DNA of 64,000 nucleotides from Torpedo marmorata (taxonomy: Eukaryota). Under the pieces are notes generated by a model. That model made no database searches, was not told the origin of the DNA, and saw nothing but the letters and a program-made list of their open reading frames with translations. Shown piece by piece: positions 40,087 to 51,480 of the stretch. The stretch is taken from the NCBI GenBank assembly GCA_977017645.1, contig OZ360231.1, forward strand, positions 37,572,001 through 37,636,000. The letters are read 5' to 3'. The position numbers and the translations under genes were made by a program. Position 1 is the stretch's first letter. The number at the start of each line of letters is the position of its first letter.

Positions 40087-41384
40087 AATTCATATGCACA
40101 CACCTGACACCAGTTTATTGAATGGAATCTTGAATTATTCCATTCAGAGAGTGTCAACAATATTTCTGCTGCCCAATGTTGCTGAACAAAAAAATTCAGT
40201 TTGATCTCTTTCCAGTTTGAGGCATTTCCAAGATTATCACCATTCCTGTATACTGAAAAACAATATTCCTAGCTGGCATCAAAGTGGATTGCTTCTATGA
40301 CCTTCCTTCAGTGTAGAATTACCCAGGGGCACATCAGCATGCTGGAATAACTAAATACTGATTTGACACCCAATGGAACACTGTCCTCAGAGGAGAAGCA
40401 CTAAGTATGCTGTTTGTAACACTCTTTACTGGTTCAATTTTACCTTAATCCTTTTTTATTCAAACATTACCTTGTTGAATTAGTGAACACTGTGGCTGTA
40501 AAATTGCACCGATCCTCAGGTGCATGTGTTCTCTTTAAATAGTTCATCTCATTAATTGAGGGTGGCAGTCCCTTCATTGTGATCAACGTGAAACAAAACT
40601 GGAAGTATTCTTAATTTAGTGTAGTATGTACAGTAGTAAGCATCCTCCTGGCAGGGGTGCTTAAAGCCCAGTCCTCATTATAATGGTACAAAATGATCCT
40701 GGTTTACAGGAAGAGTTAAGATTTGTGCTGTTCCTTAGGCACAGATTTTAATTGAAACTAGATGGATTAATATTTTCTGTTAATAGCACCCACTTGCATG
40801 CCCCATATTCTTCTTTGTTTATTTGATGTCAGCCTTTCAAAGTGTTTCAGAAGGCATATTCGACCAAGGCTTTAAATAGAGCACATAGCCTCCTTGTTGT
40901 AACACTATTTTGACAGATGCACTAAATTAAATGGGTTATCAGATTTGAGCATTTGGCTCTCTTAAGGGGAATATTCTCTGATGGCCCTATTGTGAATTTC
41001 ATGGAGGATTGAACTATATAATCCTTTCCTTGTTTTTTGAATTATAACCAATTGACGAAGGTCACAAGCTCCGTGAAAGCTCTACTTGTGATGCATTATT
41101 CATTCTCTCTGCGTTGGGGACTAAGGAATACTGAGAAGGGAGTTTTATACAGCATGTAAATCATGGACTACCAGCATGATAATGACCATTGAATTAAATG
41201 GTACAGAAGGAAGCCACTCAGCCCATCTTGGTTGATGCAGTTCTCAAGTAAACAGACAATCATCGAGTTATACAGCATGGAATCCCATTCTCCATTTCCC
41301 TGATCTTCACCAGCAGCTTTATTTACTCTCCCCCACCAAGTATATATCCAATTTGCTTTTGAAGGTTGTTAAAACTACAAGGAC

Positions 41385-42010
41385 TGATTAGGGAATGCCA
41401 TCATAGCTTTGTGCATGGGAAATCATGCTTCATGAATTTGTCTTTTGAAGAGGGGATCAAGAGTATTGATGAAGCAGGGTGGCAGACATTGTCTACATGA
41501 TATTTAGTGAAGTGCTTGACAGAGTTCTGCAGGGTAAAGATGTGATTAAGCTTGAGAAGACGCAGAAAATTTCCACAAGGATGTTGCCTGGATTGGAGGG
41601 CTTGATTTATAAGTAGAGGTTGCAGAGCCTGGGTCTGCTTTCCTTGAAGCAAAGGAGGCTGAGAAGTGACATAATGTAAAATAATGAGAGGCATTGAGAG
41701 GGTAGATAGCTAGTGTCACCTTCCCATGCTTTGGGAGTCTATATCCAGAGGGCACACGGTTAAGGTGAGAGGGAATAGGTTTCAAAGAGACCTGGAGCTA
41801 AAGTGTTCACACAATAATTGGTATCTGTACCGAGTTGCCAGGTGAGGAGATGGAGGCAGGAACAGTAGCAATATTTGAGGCATCTGGACAGGTACTTAAA
41901 TGAGCAAGTTAGAGAGGGATGTGGAATTAATGCAAGTAAGTGAGATTTATAGAGACAGGCCTTAAATGTGATGGATTGAAGGGCTTGTTTCTTTGCTGTA
42001 CTTCAATGTG
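41385..42010 (+). mobile_element. Degenerate CR1 fragment with internal deletion
   Basis: RT-start-like segment (catagctttgtgcatgggaaatcatgc) joined to a CR1 3' end. Confidence 0.65.
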
Positions 42011-43044
42011 ACTCCAGTTCCACATTAGTCAGTGTAATGACATAATTGCAGATCTTTTGCAGATCCAAACGTTGTCACTTGCCTCTGTACCCTTGGTCTG
42101 CACCATTTCATCGAGCATGGTCCAGAGTGCAGTCTCTGATCCCAACACGTGTGTGAGGCTCAGACCTTCTCTCAACAGAATTGGCCAACTGAACCCGTAG
42201 AATGGCATTGGTAGTGTGAGGGACCCTGGACCTCCCTCCCTCCTAGCCCCCAGATTTAGAGACTGTCAATGTGATTGAATGTTCATGAATAATTTTAACA
42301 GGCAAATATTTCTCTTACACGCACATACACACATGTAAACACACATTAAGATGATCCAAACTACCTGAAGCAAATCAAACAAAACGTCTTCCCACCACAC
42401 AGATATCAGTCATGTCTTCCCATTGATTTTAACTGCGATTGATGCAGATTAACCCAGAAACAGAACCAGCAGCTGGATTTTCCAGCCTACAGGCTTGGAT
42501 GACTGCAGAAGTTGGAAATGCCCTGTTGTACCCCATGGGAAGTCCACTGGTGCAGAGCAGGGACTATTGGCAGCAGAGTGCAAGATGCAACTGCTATCTT
42601 AAGCTAGCACCATGCTGGACTTCAGGGCTTCTTTGAAGAAATAAGGATTAGTCTGACAGAAGTTCTGGCACCCAAGCAAACAAATCTTCCCCATTCGCTT
42701 TGAACAGCATCTGCTTGGTTTGGATTCCAGCACCAGAAATATTTGCTCCCTATCAAACCTTACCACCTCCTTCCTAATCTTCTCACTGATGGCAATTTGT
42801 TGATGCTTTAATCTCCTATACCCAATGGAGTGTAAGATTAAACACCCTCCCCTCTTAAAATGCATTAATTCTGTCACCGAATGCTCTCTAAGCATGAAAA
42901 TTTCTTTATGTGACGTTGGTAAAACTCCTGTTGGATCACATCCATTTAATTTGCAAAGTGCCACATGGTTGTCGATGACCTGAAGACCCATTGTAACCAG
43001 AAATCTGGAGTTGTTGTCAATTTGATTACAGCCGGCAGAATTCC

Positions 43045-43564
43045 TTTTTTTAAAAAATATTTTATTTAAAATTTTAAATCACGAAGTGCATAAATTAAAA
43101 TATAAAATTATCAAAATACATGTGATACATTTTCACCCCCCCCCTCCCTCCCCTCCCTAACCCTCCCACCCCCCTGACTCATACTGGCTCACCGATGCGG
43201 TGCAGTTGAGTCGCACAGTACACTGTACGGCCCAGCCGACAACCACGCCGAAAGCACGGGGAGCCCATACTAATCTACTAAAATAATAAAAAAAAAGAAA
43301 AAGATAAAGTAAGGAGAATGTCAATCTAAAAAGTACATCTATAAACTGATTTTATTGTGGAGGATAGGTTCGCCAGTCAGATCCGATGTCTAGAGATCTT
43401 CAAATCCTTAAACCAACAGCTTTTATATATGGGCTCCATATTTTCAAAAAGAAATGGTATTTATTACGTAAATTATAAGTAATTTTTTCAAGTGGTATAG
43501 CTGAACGAAGTTCTGCATGCCAACTCTCTAACCCTAAATCTACATCAGATTTCCATGTAATAGC
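43045..43564 (-). mobile_element. L1-clade LINE extreme 3' fragment
   Basis: The minus frame reads IAITWKSDVDLGLESWHAELRSAIPLEKITYNLRNKYHFFLKIWSPYI, like a fish L1 ORF2 C-terminus. Poly(A) (T run at 43045) and flanking aattcc at 43039-44 and 43565-70. Confidence 0.8.
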
Positions 43565-44719
43565 AATTCCACACAATTTTACCGAGAGAAAAAAAACTGT
43601 TAATATATATCTGTCGAGAACTGAATCGAGTATCCTTTTCCAGTTGTAACACCATTAATATACACACCTAGTCTTCAATGTAGAGGAACTACCAGCACTG
43701 GAAAAAATGAAATAGAAGCACAACTGGTCCTGTGCCTCAAGTCCACTTTCCCAGCCATTCCCCTTATCCTTCGATTCTGTTAGACTCCACTCAAAAAAAA
43801 CTTCTGCAAATACTCAATTACTGAGCATTCACACATTGTGGAAAAGAATTTTGAAGATTTGGGGATTTGAGAAGATAAATTTCCCCTCACCCCAGAACTA
43901 AATAATTCACTCCTTAACCCAAAGCCATAAAATCATTGGTTTTTTTTTTACAAACACCGAAGGATTTCATTCAACCCATTGAGTACCTTAAAGCTCTTAT
44001 CAGTCACCTTCCCCACTTCCTTCACTTTCCTCCGACAAATTTCCTGTCTTTCTAATCCCTTTTTGTTCACTTGCCATTTTTCTTTATTCTAAACCCTCTA
44101 GCTCTTAATGCTTCTGCCAATGGGAAGAGCCTCTCTTCTAGGCAGACCACATTATGATCTTTTATATCTCTATTAGTTCCCCTCCTCTGCCCTAAGGAGA
44201 ACAATGTCAGTTTTCCTAGTCCATCCACATCACTAAAGTCTTTCAATCCTGAAACTGACCTATTAAATCTCTCCTGCCTCTCCAAAGCCTTCAGGTCTTA
44301 GCTCAGTCAGGCACAGTGCTGGAACTTGTGCCCCAGTTCTAGACTCTTCAACCTGAGGAAACATAAAACATTGCAGCACAGAACAGGCTCTTTGGCCCAT
44401 GATGTTGTGCTAACCTGTATGAACCTAATACATAACTTATTTAACAGTCGCTCAGATGTTTGTCATTCCCTTCTGGAATCTTGCACATTTCAATGAAATT
44501 GCTTATTTTTCTTCTAAACTCCAGTGGGAAATAGCCAAACTTAACTTTCCTCATTAGACAAGTTTTTTTTTTTCTCCAAGCAGAACAATATCATGAGAGA
44601 GCTTGAAACATGATATAGAAGTCTGTGTCAATACAGAGGTATGGTTACCAGGAGTTGAAGTATACAGGCACCTGGATCATTTGGAAACATATTTAGCCCA
44701 TAAATTGTCAGGAAGTCAA

Positions 44720-45112
44720 ATATACAGCCACCTGTCAACCTGGGACTTGCATGTGCAGGCATCAGATTGGTGATGACTAGCAAGAGAACACTGCAGAATC
44801 TTGCTTCCTGTGTCACCTATGTTCCTGTTGCCGCACTGAAAGGTGTAGTCTTTCAAATGAGGCATTAAATCGAAGCTCCCTTTCCCATCTACTTTTGGTG
44901 GAATTAAAAGATACTGTGACAATAGTTGAAAAGAGTTCACCCCAGTTTCTTAATACTTAGTATTATTTGCTGATTTTTATATTGCTCTCTGTGGGATCTA
45001 ACTATGCACTAATTGCCTGCCATGTTTCATACAAGGCGAGATCAGTTTTGGTTGCAAAACAGTTTGTGACATCCTGACATCAAGAAAGACACCACATAAA
45101 TGTAAGCCTTCC
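44720..45112 (+). mobile_element. Ancient Deu-domain SINE (SacSINE-like) relic
   Basis: Decayed gtctttcaaatgaggcattaaatcgaag and tgtgggatctaactatgcactaattgcctgcc segments, shared with 51150-51480 and 63500-63690. Confidence 0.55.
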
Positions 45113-47762
45113 AGCATGCTAGCACAAGAATAAATCCATCTGTCATTTATCCAGAGGGAGCATCACAGGCAATTTCCTGACAATTAATGACTCTGTGGGT
45201 ACAACGTCCTGCACAAAGATTGTGGGCTGAACACATCAATATTGTACCTTGGCATGACAGTGATTGCACTGGGAACAATTATACATTGTATATACAAAAC
45301 CCTAAACAAGCTCTACAAATATGCCACAAATAACCAATCAATGGTGCATGAAATGAACTGGAAGCTGATCATGCATGTAATGGGTTTTCATTATATCCTA
45401 AGTCCTAATTCACACCTTTGAATAAACGATATCCTTGCACAGTTTTGTAGCCAAATTCTATTTTTTTTCCATTGTTTATGTCTTTATGACACATCATGTA
45501 AGATGATATATTAACCATAGATGCTGGGGCTGCAGTACATTAATACACAGAATAATAGCAGTGAATAAAAATATTCAACCTTCTGCATCATCAAGCAACA
45601 GGTCAAATATAAATCTTGCAAAATGGAGACATAGCAATAAAAGTGGATGACTTGGCTCCATTCAGCTGTTGTACAAATATGATAGTCTTCCTGAACTGAA
45701 AGGATGATCCTTACTATAATTGGCCAGTTTGGAAGCAAACCAGAGGCAATTTGACAATGACCTATGCTTACATTGAGCCAAATCATCCTGGGAAATGTTG
45801 TTTTGCTGACCTGTGCAAATATTAGCTGGTTTGAGATCTAGATCTCTGGGCACAAGTGGGCAAGTTTTTTCTAAGTAGGACATGTGATGGTAAGTAGGGC
45901 ATGTGATGGTAAGTATGGCAAAGAGACTGCAGACATGAGTGATGTGACAGGCAATGTACATTTTGCTGCCATTGTGTAAAATGTATTACCACGTAATTCT
46001 ACAGCTTGCAGATGATGCAAGGCACTCACACAGAACAAGGTCTTAATATGGCAATTGATGCTTTCTTCTGTTTAAAATGGATGCAATGCTCCCATCCCTC
46101 AAAACTGGACCCTAGACTGAGCATTTGTGCAACCTCCCACTGGCTCCCAACCACTCAGACTGGTCTCCAACACTCAAAATCCTGACCTGACTGGAAATTC
46201 CAACCCATCATCAACACGCTGATCCTAGCCCAATCCTTGAGGTGCTCATTCCTCAAGGAAAAACTCTTCCTGAACCCCACACTCATCCTCCTACAACTTT
46301 CATGGTCTGTGACCCTTTCAAACCTGTCATTGTGGAGTAATGTGTATGTTATTGCACAAATCCTCTGCTTTGTGTGTGTGTTGGATGAAGCTCCCGAGAC
46401 AAGTTCCATGCACTTGCCAGTTTCAAACACATGTGGGTGCCTGGAAGGATTTCTGGATAATTACCTGGCAAGGAAGCATTACCATGGATGAATTTGTGAT
46501 TACCTTTCCTCCATCGCAATGTTCTCATTAGCTGTGAAGTGAATTAGACATCTTGTGTAAGGTGATAAAGGTAAATTCATTACTGTAGCACCATTGATGA
46601 GATGTTACATAAGGGTAATGGCAGAGTCTACTTGTCAAACACAAAAAGAGGAACAGAAGGTCTAGGAAAAGTTGAGGAGTTTAACAAGGTGGTGAAAATG
46701 AGGCAAGAATGGAGGATGGTGGAGGGAATGGTGGTAGAGGGAGTGAGTGTTGTGGAGGATTTGGTACGTGGGAAGGAAGTGGGTGAAGAAGGGGAAAGAG
46801 GGAGGGTGGAGTAAAGCTTGTGGAAGAGGGAGGGTTGTGAGAGAAAGAAGAAGGGTGGTGATGGAGGAAAGAGGGAGGGTGGCAGAGGGAGTGTAGAGAG
46901 AGAGAGTTCTGGAGAGAAGATAGGCACTGAGGACACACCTCCAAAAACTATCCAATCTTGTTGAAAATTAATAATATTTAATGTCACCGAACCTTTCTTA
47001 ACATCTAGAATTATGAAGGAACATTACAGAGGAAGTGAATCTGCGGCATTAAAATGAGTTTGGTGACAAAACTCAGAACAATTTGACTTGTCTCATTGCT
47101 GGCTGGATCGTGAAATGCTCTGGGTCATTGCAAGGTGGAAAGGATGTTAAATCAATCCATGTTTTCTCATTCTTGCCATTGGCTCAGGGCGACTCGATCT
47201 CCATGGAAACCCTTTCTGTTATGGAGCTGACAGGCTTGACATTATTTCAATCCAGGCACTGATGCTTTGATTTTGACTCAGAGGAGGGAGAGGATCATTA
47301 TTTCTGAGACTAACTATCTTCTCATCATATCTTGGGAATGAGAGGAGTTGGTGCATATGGTGAGATATGGGAGAAAGTAGCATTAATGGCTGATGCTGCA
47401 ATCTGCTGGGGAATCGCCATGCATGCTCATGAAAAATGTCTGACTACCTCTGATTGGAAGCCTTTTCATTATACCTCAACCATTAATCTTGTTACTTGTA
47501 ATGCAATGGTGGTGTTACGATACAATGTAACATGATCAGATTGAAACAGGCCCAAGGGCTAAATGTTCACTCCTGTTCTTTTGTGTCATATCGTGTTCCC
47601 ATTCAATTCTACTAACATGGCTATTCAGGGAATCCATCCTTAGAAATGCATCAGAGTGAATTGTTAGAAAATAGGTGGAAGCTACAATGGGATGAAGCTT
47701 CAAACTGAATAGGCTTTACCAATGGGATTTCCGAATACTATGACCAACCAGAAGTACTTGGG

Positions 47763-48377
47763 GTAAAACACGCAAGTCTGCAGACACCGTGATTGAAGTA
47801 AAAACACAATGCTGGAGAAACTCAGCGGGTCAAACAATGTACTTTATATAGCAAAGATAAAGATACAAAACCAACGTTTTGGGCTTGAGCCCTTCATCAA
47901 GATGTGAGCAATATGTAGGCAGGCGCCCGAACAAAATGGTGGGGGGATGGGCAGGGGGAGGAGCACAGTCCCACAGGCAGAAGGCAATAGGTGGATAAGG
48001 GAGGGAGAGCACACCAGCAAACAGGGGGAGGGGGGATGGCTCTGTGAATGGAAAGGGAAGGGCGTGGAGAGCTGCAGGAAAGAAGATAGAGGGATGGAGA
48101 AAAGAGGGAGAACGGGGAGTGGTCTAGCAGAAACCGGAGAAGTCGATGATAATGCCATCTGGTTGGAGAGTGCCCAGACAGAATATTAGGTGTTGTTCCT
48201 CCAATTTACGGGTGGCCTTGGTTTGACAGTACATGAGGCCATGGACAGACATACTAGTGCCTTAGTGGGGTGCAGAATTGAAATGGTTGGCCACTGGGAG
48301 ATCCCTGTCATTGATGCGGACAGAGAGAAGGTGCTCATCGAAGCGATCTCCCAGTCTGCGACCAGTCTCTCCGATGT
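47763..48377 (-). mobile_element. Penelope-like 3' fragment (ORF end + UTR + terminal unit)
   Basis: The minus strand carries YIGETGRRLGDRFDEHL (GIY-YIG) and KLEEQHLIFCLGTLQPDGI, plus a hammerhead-like motif at 47870-47905. TSD agaagtacttggg (47750) / agaagtactttgg (48378). Confidence 0.88.
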
Positions 48378-49413
48378 AGAAGTACTTTGGAATCAGGTGC
48401 ACATGTATCCCAGCACCTGTAGGCCTTATCCCCAGCCGCACATTACCCTGACTCGCAAATATATTGCTCTTCTTTTATTTTGACTGGATTTAAGTCCCAG
48501 AGCTTGAGAGCATAGATTTAACGTTAGAGGTAAAATATTTAGAGGGGATTGGAGGAGGAAATATTTCACCCAGAGGTTGGTTGGAATCTGGAACGCACTG
48601 CCTGAGTGCATGCTTCTTGCAGGCACTCTCACAATATTCAACAAGCAACTAGACGAGCACTTGGTTCACCAGGACATAAAACGTTGTGTAAAGGGATTAG
48701 TAAAGATGGGTACGATAGTATGGACAGGGTGAGCTGAACAGCCTGTTAAGGTACATATCCCTACACCATGATTCCTGCTGCTCTCATTCACATGTCCACA
48801 TTTCAAAGTTCTAGCTGTGATGTCAAATATGTATGGCCTGCTTTTAGAGGCCACTAATATGCTCCTGGTGACCTCCACGTGTAGAAATTTGTGCACTGAA
48901 GCTTGTGATTCAAAGTCCGCTTTATGTTGTGTGCTGATCATATTTGGCAATTCATTTTATTCTCTTGATTTTCAATGCAATGCATCTTTCCAGCTTGTTC
49001 CACCTTCTCATAACCCGACATATTTTTCTGTAAGGCCATGTTATTGAACTGCTCTTTTTCTTGACGGTGCCTCTATTGTTCTAAATGGAGGTGGTGCAGT
49101 GGGCTGATCTTCTTCCTCTCTGAGATGCTCGTACGTTTAGTGCAAGCTGAGTTAACGACTCACCCCACTGTTCATCTGTTATGAGTTGGGTTATTGAAGA
49201 GAGTGTTGAGAATATCCCAATTTTCTCATCAGTGCAAGTCCATAGCTCATGGCTCCCCACAAATTGCCATGAACCTCTCAAAGAATGTATTCATTCAAGG
49301 TTCATAGACATTACTGGCAATGCCAGCAATTGTTGGCCACCACCAATATCCCTGAAAATAAGAAGGCTTGTAAGAATCAACCACATTTGTGGTCCAGGGT
49401 CACAAAGAGGCCA

Positions 49414-49616
49414 AGTAAAATCACAATGCGGGAGAAACTCAGCAGGTCAAACAGTGTACTTTATATAGCAAAGATAAAGATACATAACCAATACATACAT
49501 ACCTTGATGAAGGGCTCAAGCCCGAAACATTGGTTATGTATCTTTATCTTTGCTGGGTTTCTCCCGCATTATGATTTTACTTCAATCACAGTGTCTGCAG
49601 ACTTTCGTGTTTTACT
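49414..49616. mobile_element. Penelope-like inverted terminal structure with hammerhead motif in the loop
   Basis: Two opposing arms around TTGATGA (49504-10) ... GAAA (49524-27). Confidence 0.82.
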
Positions 49617-50279
49617 CACACTTAAGGCAGACCAGTTGAGGAAGGTATATTTCCTTCCCTGTAGGGCATCAATGACCCAGGTTGCTTTTTGTAACAATCC
49701 AATCATTTCACATTTGCCATTTCTGAGATGAGATGTTTTGGTTCCAGATTTAACTACTCATTTAAATCCCCCACCTGCCATGAAAAGATTCAAACTCATG
49801 TCTTTGGATCATTGATCCAGAACTCAGACAACTCGTTCAGTAACATTGGGGAAAATCTACTACGAATCATTAGTGCTTCATTCTGAACTTAAAAGGTTTC
49901 CAATTCCACAGCATTTGTTATTGTAGTGCTTAGAAGGAATGCTTCTTGTGCCAATTGAATCATTGCCAATCAGGAAGAGGCAGCACTCGTATGTTCAGTA
50001 GTATTACAACTTAAAACTGCACAGTCCAAAGGATTCACTGCATCCCATCTCTTAACAAGACCCCCTGGGAACTTACAGAATGCATCAAGGGTTTTTCTTC
50101 AGCTGAATAAAGTAACATTCTAAAGGCAATATCTATAATCCCACTTGGTATTTTCATCCCAAGACTTGCACTGGAACCTAGTTTGAAGTCCAAGGGTACC
50201 ATTGGGTCATAGGGCCAGTCATGTTTGATTTGCATTTCCTTTGCTTGTAGACGTCTGATCTAATAAACAGCAGGAACAA

Positions 50280-50815
50280 AGACACAATACGCAAAAGTGC
50301 TGGAGAAACTCAGCAGGACACGCAGCATCTATAGGAAATAAAGGGCAACCAACGTTTCAGGCCTGAGCCCTTCAAATTTAAATTAAATTTTAAATTTAGA
50401 CATACAGCACGGTAACAGGCCATTTCGGCCCACGAGTCCGTGCCACCCAATTTACACCCAATTAACCTACACCCTGGTATGTTTCGAACGGTGACAGGAA
50501 ACTGGAGCCCCCAAGGAAAACCCACGCAGACACAGGGAGAACGTACAAACTCCTTACAGGCAGCGCGGGATTCGAACCCCGGACCCGATCTCTGGCACTG
50601 TAAAGGCGTTGCGCTAATCGCTACGCAAACCATGAAGGGTATGAGCAAAAAACAGGCAAGCACCTGAGTAAATGGAGGAGGGGAGGGGGGAGGAGAGGAG
50701 AGGAGGGAGGAAGGAGCAGGTGGAGGAGCACAGGCTAACACATAATAGGTGGATGCAGGTGGGAGGGTAGAAGAGAAAGCAGCTGAGAAATGATGGGGGA
50801 GGGCAGCGCTGAAAA
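50280..50815 (-). mobile_element. Penelope-like terminal fragment split by a V-SINE (50374-50631, minus strand)
   Basis: gcccttca|V-SINE|tgaagggtatgag; the flanks match the terminal unit and UTR of 47763-48377. Confidence 0.8.
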
Positions 50816-51149
50816 AAAACTGTTGTTTTGGTTTGGTTACCTCTGTGCCAGGAGGTGGTAGGGTATGTTCCAACTATTCCCTAACAACTCTCCGAAATAG
50901 TCATATGCACATTGCCAAGCACATTAAAAGTACAGGACATCATGGCTTAATTCAGCCCTGTCATCAGTTTTAATCACTTACAACCAGAGATTATGCTCTG
51001 GAGCATGATCTAACACCAGGAATCTTGAATAAAGGATTCTTGTGAGACCAATTTGCAGTTTCCATCCAATGCTTGGCTGAGATTCCCAACAACCTGGCAC
51101 GACTCCATAGTCTTCCATGCATTGGGTGTCAGTTGGGTTATATCTCGGG

Positions 51150-51480
51150 TTTGCTGAACTGAATGGCGGCTATATTTTCCTCATTGTCTTATCTGTAATA
51201 GAAGTGTCTCCCCTAGGACATGAGCATGCAGTGTATTCTGGCATACCAGTGCAGTACGGGGAGAGTGCTGCACAGTCAGGAGGGTCATCTTTCACCTGAG
51301 CTCTAAATCTGAAGCTCTGGCTAATCTGCGGGATGGATGAAAATAATCTTTGAAGAAAGGCACCTTCTGGACAATGATCAACTAATACCGTTGAATCAAA
51401 TGAATTGCTCACTTATCTTTATGGGATCTTGCAGTGCACTGTGACTGCCACATTTCTTACACTATAAATGTGATTGCGTT
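51150..51480 (+). mobile_element. Ancient Deu-domain SINE relic
   Basis: ccagtgcagtacggggagagtgctgcacagtcaggagg Deu-like core, with a tail resembling 44990-45030. Confidence 0.55.

Noticed and set aside
43248-43264. cgaaagcacggggagc resembles a short small-subunit rRNA segment
   Set aside because: The similarity is only about 15 nt and the flanks do not follow rRNA.
45872-45920. Duplicated 19-bp unit containing strong gtaagt donors after ATG
   Set aside because: The ATG is followed at once by TGA. It is a small local duplication with no exon support.
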